From the NCBI RefSeq assembly GCF_006345805.1, contig NC_042998.1, positions 66,774,001 through 66,838,000 on the forward strand: a stretch of DNA of 64,000 bases, read 5' to 3'. Shown here piece by piece: positions 12,865 to 25,997 of this stretch. This DNA comes from Octopus sinensis. Its lineage: Eukaryota. Under the pieces are notes generated by a model that had not been told where the DNA came from, did not search any database, and worked only from the letters and a program-made list of their open reading frames with translations. Both the position numbers and the translations under genes were made by a program. How positions within the stretch are numbered: the stretch's first letter is position 1; each line of letters begins with the position of its first letter.

Positions 12865-14857
12865 GAATGCAACACTAGTTGGTCTGGACTGTTACAGTGA
12901 GCAGATGTGAGTTTCGGCTCCGCGAATAGAAAAAAAGAACAAAAAAAAATTGTCAATTATGGCTTGGTATAGCGAGCAAAATACTGGGTTCTCATCACCG
13001 TAACGGTGAATTGAGAATTTTTTTGAAAATTCTTCTTGTGAATTCTAGTGGGTGTATCTCGCCAGAAAAATAAGAATAAGCCTTTTGGATTACCTTTTTG
13101 GATTACCTTTTTGGAGTATTATACAACGGATTCCCTGTCTGTGCTATTTGTGAGGTTTTTCTTTTACTTTTCCCTTCTTCTATTTTTCTTTCTTTCTAAA
13201 TTTTGATTCATTCTTTTCATTACTTTAATTTCAGTTTCCTCCCCTCCTCTTTTATTTTGTTTTATTTTTATTCGGTTTAATTTGTTGGCAGACTGTCTTT
13301 TGAACTACTTTTGAACTGTTTTTTGACATGCCAGAGAAGGAACTTAAAAAGAAAATCTCTGTCTTAGAGTGGGAAATTAACCCGCCTAAGCAGTGGTTAA
13401 AAGATATGGAGGAGAAGACGGTGGTACTTAGAACGTATTCTAAAGTTCTTAATTCCATCACCGTCTTCCCAAAAGAAGTCATTAAAAATGAACTTAAAGA
13501 ACATTTGTCCTCTGTAAAATATATATCCCGTAGTGTCAAACATCCAACCGTATGGTTGCTGTTTGACAACGGGGAAAAGGCTCGCCAGTTTGCGAGTTAG
13601 CCTTTAGAAGGCAAAGAAATTATGTTACTCCCGTCATATTGTGGAAGAAAATTAATACGAGCCTGAGTATGTGGGCTCCCCCGGGCACCGAAGCGGATTG
13701 GATTGAAGATACCATCCGACGGGGACTGGGGGATGGCGGGCCCAGGCTCTTAAATATAAGAGCATTGCCGGCGGTTGATTGGGAAGGGTCAAAAGCGGTT
13801 TTGACCGTGTGGAGCTCATCGGCCGCAACAGAACTGGTTTTTCCAGATTTCTTGAAAATGGCTGGCTGAAGGTATCCGGTGATACTTGAGGGACGTCCCC
13901 CAAAGTGTCACTCGTACCTGCAGCCAGGCCACATTAAAAGGAACTGCCCCCAGGACCACGTTAAGGTCCTGGAACAGTCACTAAATGCCACCTCCCCTAC
14001 CCGGTCAAAGGGAGAGGTGGATGTGGTCGATGAGGCTTCAGCCTCCTCAACTCAAAAAGGATTAAAAAGCAAGAACCTAAGGCTTCGGAAGGCGGGGGAG
14101 AGTCTCCGGACAAAGCGGAAGAGATCCACTCTCCCGAAGCCAGGAAGAAAAGAAAACAAGAAGGAAGAAGAACGGGTCATCTCAGCGGGGAGATGATGTG
14201 CCGATTGCAAGTCCCGAAGTTGTGCCACCCACGGTGGAAGAAACCACCCCACCCTTAAAGATGATCAATTAATTATCTTTTTCTACAAGAGCGGGGAGGT
14301 GAAAAAAATAGTAGAAGAACATAAAGGAACAGTAGATATGCCCTTCACACGGGATCCCGAATGGGCTCCGCAGATAGCTGTGGAGGTCATAAGGTTTCCC
14401 TTGTGGGAAAGGCTTAAAGGATTTGGGGAGGAGTGTCGCATATGGCCGGGTGGCCCTTACACGACTTACAGGAACTCAAGCGGCATTGAAGATAATGATG
14501 AATATATCGATGGATATATCGAAGAGTAGGAGGTGAAAGACACTCGTTACAGGGTTTGAAACTTCATCTTATTGGATTATTTTGTAGTGGTTTATAATCT
14601 CAATTTTGTGCTTTAAGAAAGAAAAAAAAAAGAAAACATGTTAAGTAAGAGGTTTTAGTGCCTCCTCCTTGTAAGAGGTTTGAAACCTCATATTGATTAA
14701 AAAAAAAAAAAGAAAATATGTTTTCGAGAAAAATCCAATCGGCGGGTGTTGGGTTTCGTCTCTCATTTATTCATTCATTCTTTTTCATTCATTAATGTAT
14801 TTGTCCAGCCCGCAAAGCTCTTTGTACTGTCTATATGACAAATTTATGAAATAAAGT
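12865..14857 (+). mobile_element. ORF1-only L1/Tx1-like retroelement (HAL1-like), flanked by an imperfect target-site duplication
   Basis: Splits a SINE; agcttgcttaccca (12851-12864) vs agcttgtatacca (14858-14870); ends in aaataaag; contains a gag-like ORF1 and no endonuclease/RT. Confidence 0.7.
13328..14529 (+). pseudogene. Disrupted gag-like ORF1 with zinc knuckle
   Basis: Reconstructed across in-frame stops (13598, ~13664, 13867) and frameshifts (one in the C-run near 13677-13682); knuckle GRPPKCHSYLQPGHIKRNCP (CX2CX4HX4C with second C>Y); basic low-complexity tail. Confidence 0.75.
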
Positions 14858-14981
14858 AGCTTGTATACCAAAAACATACTTCCAAGTTCAGTCTTGGGCA
14901 AGTGTCTTCTACTATAGCCTCGGGCCGGCCAAAGCCTTGTGAGTGGATTTGGTAGACGGAAACAGAAAGAAGCCCGTCGTA

Positions 14982-15041
<60 letters not shown>

Positions 15042-15047
15042 ATATAT

Positions 15048-15086
<39 letters not shown>

Positions 15087-15290
15087 TTGTGTATCTGTGT
15101 TTGTCCCACTAGCATTACTTGACAACCAATGCTGGTGTGTTTATGTCCCCGTTACTTAGCGGTTCGACAAAAGAGACCGATAGAATAAGTACTGGGCTTA
15201 CAAAAGAATAAGTTCCGGGTCGAGTTGCTCAATTAAAGGCGGTGCTCCAGCATGGCCGCAGTCAAATTACTGAAACAAGTAAAAGAGTAA
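14858..15290 (+). mobile_element. Major SINE 3' piece with internal (TA)n(GT)n
   Basis: Continues the SINE consensus (ttgggcaagtgtcttctactatagcc...gaaacaagtaaaagag). Confidence 0.85.
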
Positions 15291-15383
15291 AAGAGTATAT
15301 ATATATATATTTATATATATATATATATATACATGCATAATTACATGACTGGCTATAAATGTGTATATATACATACATATATA

Positions 15384-15775
15384 GTTGCACGAGTGACTGT
15401 GTGGTAAGTAAGTTGCTTACCAACATGTTTCCGGGTTCAGTCTCACTGCGTGGCACCTTGGGCAAGCGTCTTTTCCTAAATCTTCCCGTGGATTTGGTGG
15501 ATAGAAACTGAAAGAAGACCGTCGTATATATATGTTTATGTGTATGTGTGCGTGTGTTTGTATTTTTGTGTCTGTGTTTATCCCCCACAATTTCGCTTTG
15601 ACAACCGATGCTGGTGTGTGTACGTCCACGTAATTTAGCGGTTCGACGGAAGTGGCCGATAGAATACGTATTTAATTTACAAAAATGAAGTCTTGGGGTT
15701 GATTTGCTCGACTAAATGCGTTGCTCCAACATGGCCGCAGTTAAATGACTGAATGATGTGAAAGAATAAACAAAT
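15384..15775 (+). mobile_element. Major SINE copy with internal deletion
   Basis: Homologous to 11991-12362. Confidence 0.85.
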
Positions 15776-15783
15776 AAAGAATA

Positions 15784-15848
<65 letters not shown>

Positions 15849-16032
15849 TCATCATCCCTCTACTTCCTCTTCTCCTTCTACCCTACCAAGAATTCACAAC
15901 CACCTCGAACACACAAGTGCAAACAAGGGAGTCAGAGAAAGGCAGAATGCCACTAAAATTTGAAAACTATACAAATATTCCTTTAAAAAAACTTTTCTTC
16001 TAATTTTTCTAAATTTAATTATTTAATCGTTA

Positions 16033-16070
16033 CAGTTGAAAAGGTCTCAAAATGACCGAAACCGGTACTG
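16033..16070 (+). ncRNA. Degenerate hammerhead motif in a PLE-like repeat
   Basis: cag-TTGAAAA-ggtc tcaaaat gacc-GAAA-ccgg-TA-ctg; stems I and II intact, two transitions in the core. Confidence 0.5.
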
Positions 16071-16118
16071 AAATGTTCTTTATAAAATTATTTTAGCATT
16101 TTCTATTTTGACTTGTTT

Positions 16119-16155
<37 letters not shown>

Positions 16156-16792
16156 TGAAAGGAGGTTTTACTTTTTTAGAAAAGGATTGTCAAAAGTAAC
16201 ATGTAAAAGCTTTGTTGTGTTAGGTACTGGTTGTCACAAAATATTATAATACATATATATATTCTTTGATAATAATAAGAACATTTTAAAAACAGTTTTT
16301 AAGGAAAAATCTTGGGAAAATATTAAAAAGTTCATTAAAATATTAGGCACAAAAAATACAATACATATATACATTCTTTGATACTAATAAGAAAATGTTA
16401 ACAACAGTTTACAGAAAAAATCTTGAGATTATTAAAAAGTTCATAAAAAATATAAGGATTTCATTAGGAATCATGTTTGTTTGGAAGTATCTATATATAT
16501 ACAGAAAAAATTAATTTTACACTGCATGCATATATAACTGTATATATATGCATACTTACATACATACAGACACACACACATATATTAGACAATATCGAAC
16601 ACTCATACACAAGTTATGCGTTTTACCAGTACGTTGTCAGGCTACGATCATAGGTGTAAGGGAATATATTCTCAATTCGTCTTTACGTTTTGAGTTCAAA
16701 TGCTGCTGAGGACGACTTACCCTTTCATCGTTTCGGAATTGATTTAGTTCCTGCTGATTATTGGGGTCAATTTAATCGACTCCCTCTTAAAT

Positions 16793-17338
16793 TAACAGTG
16801 GAGCTTGAAGCAATCCAGCGAAGTGTCACGAAGAAGATCGTCTTATTGTAACAGCTGGGCTACTAGGAAAGGCTGAAACAGCTAAGCCGCTACACTCTGG
16901 AGCGAAGGCAAGAAAGACATACATTAATATACATCTGGAAGATCCTCGAAGGGATTGTCACAAATTTTGGCATTGAAAGCTACACAAATGCCAGAACGGG
17001 CCGCCACTGCACAATGCCAAAGTTCCCAGCAAAGCCGTCGCGCTTCAGGGCCAGTTACTGCAACAGCTTGGGTTTCAAGGGCCCACAGCTTTTTAACGTT
17101 CTCCGAAATAGCCCGAGGGACTTACACGAAGTGAACGTAGATATTTTCAAAACAAAACTAGATCCCACCCTGTCGAGAGTTCCAGATGAACCCACCTCGC
17201 GGCAGGAGGCGCAAATGAGGGAACGACATAAATTTTCCTTATTCACCAAATTCCACATATAAGGCGCTCAATAATAACAGTATAACAAAAAGGTGATGCC
17301 CCGGCATGGTCACAGCTTTGAGCTGAAACTGATGAAGA
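16793..17338 (+). mobile_element. CR1-like LINE 3' end including tail
   Basis: LERRQER..YIWKILEG..GPQLFNVL..FKTKLD..VPDEP, then tail ggtgatgccccggcatggtcacagc..ctgaaac. Confidence 0.85.
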
Positions 17339-17504
17339 TATATATATATGTACACACACACACACACACACAACACACACGCACACACACACACGCACAC
17401 ACACATACACACACATATTCAGATTGTGAGCGTTAGAGCAGAGATGCAAGATTCGAATGTATGAAAGAAGAAGCTAACCACGATGGTTGCCTTCTTGAAA
17501 ACAA

Positions 17505-17660
17505 TAATTATCCTGAGCGCGTAAGCGAAAGAAGGGTATTGCAATCACTCGTCTGTCTGTCTGTGTGTTTGTGAAATTACTGGAAAACGGCTAAACGGAT
17601 TTTTACTAACTTTGGCAGAAATACTCATTGAGTGCCTCGAGATGATGCAAATTCTGTTTA
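17505..17660 (+). mobile_element. HINE/DINE-1-like (Helentron-associated) fragment
   Basis: attatcctgagcgcgtaagcgaaagaagggtattg, a (gtct)n microsatellite, then aaaacggctaaacggattttt...aactttggc, the DINE-1/HINE layout. Confidence 0.5.
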
Positions 17661-17755
17661 ATTATCTCAAATATACATAAATACATACATAGACATGCGA
17701 ATTTCTCCCTCTCTCTCTCTTTCCTTCCCCCCTCTCTCTTTGTCTCTTCCCCATA

Positions 17756-17820
<65 letters not shown>

Positions 17821-18759
17821 GTACAGTGATTTCTTCAAGGATTTCATTTACTTATGAGTTGATTTTTTAAAATTTCACCGGAGTATAAACACTTATAATG
17901 GTGATGTTTAAAAGAACAATTTAAGTCAAACTTACAAATTCCCGATAAGCAAGTTCAGTCAAAGACTTACAAAGCTTAATTCAGTTCAATTAAAATGTAT
18001 GATAAGCAATGCATTGAATGTTTGCGCCTGAGGGTACGTGCTACAGTAAGCAAATACGTATGTAAAAATATGTCTGCGTATGTGGTAACTAGAAATGTTA
18101 AGTTCTACAATCCGTCTCTGGCTGTCCGCTACGATTGATGACAGCGAGAGAAATTTAGTGACGGATGAAATTTACGTTTATATGTTCATGTGAGCCTCCG
18201 GATTCAATAGGTTAATGCCCCTAAGAACTTACTTTTATGTTTAGTACTTATTGTTTTATTCATTATCTCCGAAAGTAAACTTTAGTCCTGTTGATACAAA
18301 ACATGTTTTCTCTGCGTTTGTCCAGCCTTACATCTTTCTGGGTTTTTTATGTCCGTCTACTTGTGTGTGTGTGTGTTAGAGTGATGCTGCATGTCCTCTG
18401 ATGGGAGTGTAGTGTAACTTCTATCTTCAACTTCGTATCCCTTTTTGCATTCAATCCTATTTACTCTTTCTGTTCACTAAAAGTTCCTCCCAAAATTAAA
18501 TATTCGCCATTACCAATAATTATTACTTTCTTCCTAGAAATTTGCTTTTCATACTCTAATTTCTATAGTATATCTTCTATTGAATAGAATTTTATATAAA
18601 TTATATGTACAGCTTCAATTAACCTTCTGGCAATAACTCAGAAGCTAGGAATTTATTGAATATATACACATAGGTATACATGTTACACGCCCTCACTCAC
18701 ACACATACACACTCACACATACACGTGTATATATATATATATACATACATACATGCATC

Positions 18760-18799
<40 letters not shown>

Positions 18800-18800
18800 G

Positions 18801-19789
18801 TGTAATAAATAAAATATATGCATACATACATATATGTACGTACCTACATCTACATGTATATATACAAGCATATATAAATATATATACGTGTACGTACGTG
18901 AGTACAGGACACCACAAATAGACGTAGAACTCAACGAGAAATGAAAACGTAAAAACAAACGTGGAAACGGACCTAAACGAAAAAAACAGAGTACAAGAAA
19001 AACTACACAAGGAAAAATCCCCTTCATCAGCTGTCCCTAGTTCAACTCCAGCGTGTTTCGAAGGTTGGACAGAACACGACTCGTGGAACTAATCCTTCCT
19101 GCGAAGGAATTAAATAAAATTACTTCGCAGAGGGGTAAAAACAAGGAAAGTTAAACATGTGACAAAAAAATGATGCAAATAAAATTACAAAATAAAATAC
19201 AAAAAATAAAAATACAAAAAATAAAAATACAGAATAAAATTACAAGTACGAAAAATACAGTACAAGAAATAAAACAAACAAAAAACAGACAATGAGGGCC
19301 TTAATGCTGGCCTACACGAGGAAAGATTCTAAGAGCGCTAGAAGAACAGTGTTCACTGTTAGAATTCCAGCGGCGAAAGGAAGCAACTCGCCCGGCTGTG
19401 AAAGAGATGAGGAGGAGTGAGAGAGAGAGAGATAGAGGTAGACAAGCGGCTGTGAGAGAGAGATGAGGAGGAGTGAGAGAGAGAGGGAGATAGAGAAGGA
19501 AGAGAAGGTCAAGCAAAGTGTTGTAGAGTTTCGCATCACAATTATAAATAACAAAACTTACTTGGAGGAGATGAAACGAAACGAAAACGAATCGAATTGA
19601 CGGTAGGGCGCTCAGTCATACAATTGTGTAATAAATAAAATATATGCATACATACATACATATATGTACGTACATACATCTACATGTATATATACATGCA
19701 TATATAAATATATATACGTGAGTACAGGACACCACAAATAGACGTAGAACTCAACGAGAAACGAAAACGTAAAAACAAACGTGGAAACG
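18801..19789. repeat. ~990-bp element with ~165-bp terminal direct repeats
   Basis: 18801-18969 is repeated at 19627-19789 (period 826); the interior has a hairpin (ctgcgaag..cttcgcag) and a CTGATGA on the minus strand. Confidence 0.7.
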
Positions 19790-20644
19790 ATATATATACA
19801 TATATTTTCCTATATGCATAGGCACACATTCACACATATCCATATACACCATCCTCGTTCATGAGACTTCTCTGAAGTGAGTTAATATCATATTATTGCC
19901 GATTTTACTAAATATGAATACGCAGAGTATAACGATATCCACCATATGAATTAATGCAACTAATAATACTATCTCTATACCTTTTCGCTTCGTCTCTTCT
20001 ACTTTTTTCTTTGTTAATCTCTCTTTGTGACTTTTGCAAGCTATTTCTCTCTGTTTCTAATTAAATTTCTTGCGCCTTGCTAACTAAACGTTTTGTACCA
20101 TTAGTTGTTCTATTACGTTTGCCTTCCAGCTAACTAATAACGCTTTATTTTGATTATTGTTCACGTTAACAAGAACAAATTGCACCCATTGCATTCATCT
20201 TAATTTATGTGAAAATAATTATACCATTGCATCAAATGAACTGAGAGTACGTTGCTTCAAAGCTCTACAACACGCTAGATAAGAAATAATGAAATGCTCA
20301 GTGTTATGCTGCGAATTTTTTCTTACAGTCACGGTCTGCCTCGTTTAAAATTAAAGATCACATACAAACACTACTTAGTCCTAGAAACCTATAAAAATAC
20401 GTTGAAAGTCAAGGATGATATACATTTAGTAATAGATCTACTCCATTAAGGTTGATATGATATTAAACCAATTAACAGGCTAATCATTCATTTATTCCAT
20501 AATCGACACAAGAAGAAAATCTCATAACGGTCGTTCCTCCTGCTAGAAACAACATTCGAACGGTAGAAAAATATCCTTATGGAGTGTCTCTAACAAAGAA
20601 AGATATAAGTTTATGTAATACTGGATATCAGAATAACAACAGCA

Positions 20645-20706
<62 letters not shown>

Positions 20707-20722
20707 AATAATAATAATGATG

Positions 20723-20759
<37 letters not shown>

Positions 20760-20781
20760 TAATAATAATAATAATGATAAT

Positions 20782-22030
20782 TTAAGGTGGAGTACTTGCA
20801 CAGACTGAGACTGATTCTGAAGTCGAAATTGAATGGACGGAATAGCTATCAACCTAGGTGGTTTCACTCCTTAGATCTGGAGTAGGGTACTCGCATGGAC
20901 ATTAAACGATCTAAACAGCTTAGACGGAAAGACAAAGAATGTGCTAACTAGATATGGGGTACTCCACACAAAAAGTGACGCAGACAGACTGTTTGTATCA
21001 AGAAAAAGAGGGGAAGAGGACTTATTGGATGCGAACACAGCATTTGATCAGAAGAAAACAACAGTATGGTGTGTGAAAACAAATGCCACAGAACCCCCTA
21101 TTATTAGAAGTAAGAAGGGCAGGCTTGTGTAGGATGAAAGAGTACAAATATAAAGTGCTATAGAAGGAAATGAAAAGGAATGAAACTGAAAATAGGTGGG
21201 TAAAGAAAAGAATACATGGTCAATTTCATAGGGATGTTGAAAATAAGACAGACAGAGCAAAAAGATGGCTGTGGATGACTAAAAGTGATTTAAAACCGGG
21301 AACGAAGTCTCTAATCTCTGCTGCCCAAGAGCAAGCTCTAAGAACAAAATACGCAAAATACAAAATAGACAACACAGCAGCAAGTGATAAGTTCAGAATC
21401 TGTGAACAAAACAGTGAAACCGTATTGCATATTCCCAGCAAATATACGCTACTTGTACAGAAAGAATATTAGAGGCGGCACGACAGTATAGCCAGGCATT
21501 GGACACTTTGCAACAGATATGGACTTGACAGAGCAAAAAATTGATACGACCACAAACATGAAGGCATCATCGAAAATGGAAATGCAAAGATTCTATGGGA
21601 TTTTGATTTAGAGCGACCATTAGATAGAGAATACGAAACCGGACATAGTTTTAATTGAGAAAGAAAACAAACTATGCTGGATCATAGACATAACATACCC
21701 AGCTGACAACAAAGTATGAGATAAGGAAGAAAGAAAAGTCGAGAGATATGATAGGTTAGCTTGGGAAGTGAAGCAGTTGTGGTCGATGAAAAAGGTAGCA
21801 GTATTACCAATAATTGTCGGAGTCCTGGGAACAGTGAGCAAAAATCTCGAAAAGTACGTGGAACAAATAGGGGATGCAATAAGGGTGGAGCACTTGCAGA
21901 AAACAGCACTGCTTAGAACCGCTCGAATACTCTGGAAGGTGCTCGAATTATAAGAGGTGTTACCTTAGTTCAATGGTAGTGAACAGCTGACACTGTAATA
22001 CATCTCCAGTGTTAGAAGCCGTGCAAAGGC
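20782..22030 (+). mobile_element. 5'-truncated R4/Dong-like LINE (family D) between (AAT)n tracts
   Basis: IHGQFHRDVE..WLWMTKSDLKPGTKSLISAAQEQALRTKY..VLPIIVGVLGTVSKNLEKY..LQKTALLRTARILWKVLEL*; homologous to 46279-47615. Confidence 0.85.
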
Positions 22031-22073
22031 AATAGTAATAATAATAGTAATAACAATGATAATAATAATGATG

Positions 22074-22183
<110 letters not shown>

Positions 22184-22184
22184 G

Positions 22185-22863
22185 AGTGAGAGAGCAGTTC
22201 ATGCCATCAAAGTGACACTGGGGTAAAATATACGAAGCCCAATATACCCATCATGACTACCCGTCTGATAAGGGTACACCAGGCACATGCATCACAACCA
22301 TATGTGCGCGACATGGTGATCTCATATCAGATTAACAGCACGTGACCTTGCAGGTGGGGCCCAGTTAGAAATTTATTCAGATTCAGTAGCCCATCCCGCT
22401 CAAAAGGTCCCTGAATAAGGGTTGTTTAAGGATGTTGAAAGAACCACCCATGTTTCCAGAGGTGAATTATTCAAACCCCAAAGAATCCCTCTCAACACAT
22501 GGCTATGATGCTCCCCCACTACGTCTGTTCGTGATCAAAGATGCACATATCGTCAGCCACTAAGGGACATGCTCAACTTGTTAAGGTCAAACAACTGACA
22601 AGCAAATCTGAGGTATTGAGCAGAGTATATGCTGTAGCCCATCTTTTATACCAAGACAAAACAATGTACATGATAACACTTCCAATCAGTTAAGATCAGA
22701 AGCCATGAGAGCCACTGCCTGGTACTGCATCAGGGCATGGTATTGAGCAGAATATTTGCTGTAGCCCATCTTTTATACCAAGACAAAACAATGTACATGA
22801 TAACACTTCCAATCAGTTAAGATCAGAAGCCATGAGAGCCACTGCCTGGTACTGCATCAGGGC

Positions 22864-22866
<3 letters not shown>
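22185..22866. mobile_element. ~550-bp non-coding repeat, copy 2, with 127-bp terminal tandem duplication
   Basis: Matches 181-730; 22612-22738 is duplicated at 22739-22865; flanked by long (ATT)n tracts. Confidence 0.8.
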
Positions 22867-22952
<86 letters not shown>

Positions 22953-24999
22953 TAGTTTCTGTTTTAGGCCTGAAGCCAGCAAATTTGAGGGTAAGATGTT
23001 AGCTGATGACATAGACCTCAGTTTCTTGATCCTCAGAGGATTAAAGGCAAAGACAGCTGCGACGTGATTAGAAATTTTAGCGCAGAATGTTGAAACTAAT
23101 AACCCGAAGCGTTCTCTCCGACCCTGTAACGAATTTCCGTATTAAAAACGTAGAATGAATAATTAATTATATGATACCACACAGTAATTACAGACATAAA
23201 TTATAAGAGAAAACTTCCCACGTACAAATCAAAGCCCACTATATAGTAATAAATTTCAATTAGTATTACTTACTCGGATACAGTTCAATTCTTTGTTAGT
23301 AAAACTTTGGCTCCATAGGATGTCCTTGTTTTCGATGTTTTAATTATAAGAGAAAACTTCCCACGTACAAATCAAAGCCCATCGGTTAATTCAGAGAACA
23401 TCTCGAATCCAACAGTCTGCTCTCAGATTGTTCCGCTCGAATGCGCACACGAGCAACTGGGACACCAATAGGAATATGAAGTGGGTGAAGGCTTGCTGAG
23501 AGCTCAGTTGTCTCAGCTAAAAAACTTTTGATATGGTTCCCATTTGAAGTCTCTCCCTTACTGTTGTCTCTACAGTGCATGTATTTCTTCACAAACTAGT
23601 GCGTTACCCATTCCATCGTCCTCTTGAATTTCCTTTACGAATTCCTTTACGAAAGACCAGGCATACGCCTCTGTATGTCTTTCCACAGATGATGTAATGT
23701 AAAATGTAAAATACACAGAGAAAATACATTTGCTTCCCACCAATTTCTGTTAGCTTTCTGAGTTGTTAAATTCAATTCTACTTTTGTAGAAGTGGACATC
23801 GTGTAAGTAGTTGTCATTTTTGGAGTAACGGAATAAGTGAATAGAAAATATAAAAATAATGTTTTGAAAATGACAAACACTTTTCTATTAGTATGAGAAA
23901 GGGAGTATTCAGATAAATTCCGAAGAACGCTCTGACAGAAATATTTAAGAAGTAATGCTTTTTCCTTCACTTAACAAAACTGAAAATTTAAACCGTTCCC
24001 TTGACATCGCGCTCTCTTAGATGCGGCAGAAAATGCCAAATACCATGTAGTGACTTAGACAGAGCGTAAACTTGTACCCCGGAAATCCTAGCGCCGACGA
24101 AGGCAACATCACCCCGCACTTCAAGAAATGTTTAACCTACACTGAAATCGGTTTCTCATTTTTTTTCTTGATGATGCATCAGCATGAGATCCTCACTCTT
24201 CTCACCTTTTAAGGTGAGGAATTTGTTTGGGTTAACATATCAGAACGGACAAAGTATAGCGTTTGCGTTTTTCCATGCAAGGCTTCATTATTTATAAGTG
24301 AATGCAACACAAATGATTCAACCTGAATCTGTCATGTAAAGGGATGAACCATATTAATCGCCTCACAGCAAACTGAACTCGCGCTAATGAATGAAATTTG
24401 AGGCTAAATTAATTCACGCAATTATTCTCAACCATTGTTATCATCATTTCATTCCTAATTCCTGACAGTTTTAGCGGTTGATAGAGCAATGCCAATACCA
24501 AATGCAGACACAAATCAAGGTTTCTCATATAAACAGCAGTTGGCAAATAGAGCCTGAGCATCTGTGTACAGAAATAGCAACATGAGACCATTTGGCAGTT
24601 CTTGTAGAATTTATTGAACGGAAAGTACAATAATTTACAAGTGTAATCAAAGGTGTAATGTTGCTCACACAGACTTAAAAAACAATATGACAGCAATTAA
24701 ATAAATAGTACTAAATATTTACAATACCATTATATTACTGCGTCCATGTGTGTGTGAGCGAGTGTGTATATGTGTGTGTGAGCGTGTTACTGAGTGTGTG
24801 TGCGTGTATGTAAATACTTATGCTTAGATACATACATACATATATACGTACATATACTTTTCGTTTTTGGTTCAGTCCGAGGAGTGCGGCCATACTGGGA
24901 CACGGCCGTTTGCTTTGCTACACTTTCTCTAAACCTACTCTGATATGTGACATTTGATGGAATAGGAAGTTTAACATTGCTACCCTGATCTATGTTTTT

Positions 25000-25665
25000 T
25001 TGCCTTGAGATAGGTTCACCTGAATCTCTCGAGAGAAAGAGATCCTATTTTGTTTTGAAAATTCCTACATCGAAGCTATGCAAGTCTTTCAGGTTTCGTA
25101 GAGGATACTCAAGCCAAAACTGTTGCAGTATCTGCTCCTGTATCTTGATGGCAATGTTCGGATATTTTAAACTATGCACTGGCGCCCCCTCCTGTTGTTT
25201 GTATACCGGAGAATTGCAAAGTTTGGTACAGATATTTCTAGGATTTTCCAGATGTATGTTAGTGCATATCTTTCCCGCTTTCATTTTAGGGAGTAGAATC
25301 TTAATTCTTCAGTCTCTCCCAGGAGCTGATATGTCGCATTGTGCCGATCATTTTTGTGTAGCTTTGCTGGGTCGTTTCGATTTCCTTCGTTAATGTTATA
25401 CTGTTTGTATAATAGGGAACAGTAATCCAGACGGTTTAGAACGAAAGTCCTCCAGAGGACCATCATGGTTTCCTTTTCTCTCGTTTTGAAAGTTCGAATG
25501 ATCGCTCCGTGCATTCTATTGCCGACTTGGTAATATGCATCTGGAATGCTGTATCATTACTCATATTGATGCCCACGTCGCGTACTGAAATTGATTTAGG
25601 GATTTCAATTCCTCTTAGGCCAGTGTATCTTATTTGATTTTCATAGCGCAGGGCTTGGAATATAT
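25000..25665 (-). mobile_element. Decayed CR1-like LINE fragment
   Basis: Minus frames IIRTFKTREKETMMVLWRTFVLNRLDYCS and ..FKTK; same family as 8400-9660. Confidence 0.75.
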
Positions 25666-25747
25666 ATCTTAGTGTGTATGTGTGTATGTATATATATATA
25701 TACATATACATGTGCGTATATATGTATACATATATATGTTATATATA

Positions 25748-25841
<94 letters not shown>

Positions 25842-25954
25842 ATATTATTAGAGACAAAACCACTATTTTGCAAAACAAACAAGGAAATACTTAATCAATA
25901 CATAAAATTTTAATAAAAAGTCAAAAAAACCGCCACTACAATTGTTTCTTAAGT

Positions 25955-25997
25955 CCACCTGAAGATTGTCGATCAAGACAAGAAACAATTGTAGTGG
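25955..25997 (+). ncRNA. Minimal type I hammerhead ribozyme, copy 1
   Basis: ccac-CTGAAGA-ttgtc gatcaa gacaa-GAAA-caattg-TA-gtgg; stem I ccac/gtgg, 5-bp stem II, palindromic CAATTG, predicted cleavage after GUA (25993). Confidence 0.85.

Noticed and set aside
19024-19059. Possible type II hammerhead (GAAA upstream of CTGATGA on the minus strand)
   Set aside because: Stems I and III cannot form between the motifs.
22800-22866. Short resemblances to U2 snRNA (atcagttaagatc, cctggtactgca) and a possible HDV-like ribozyme at the element end
   Set aside because: The spacing is wrong for U2, there is no branch-point or Sm motif, and no P1/P3/L3 pseudoknot could be fitted.
23386-23970. Minus-strand ORFs of 68 and 107 aa flanked by a 40-bp duplication
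   Set aside because: No recognisable domain or consistent splice structure; the TTG/GTG starts are not meaningful in a eukaryote.
24477-24633. Protein-like frame with one in-frame TGA (possible selenoprotein or exon)
   Set aside because: The TGA is not in a Cys/redox context, I could identify no SECIS, there is no recognisable homology, and the frame is short.
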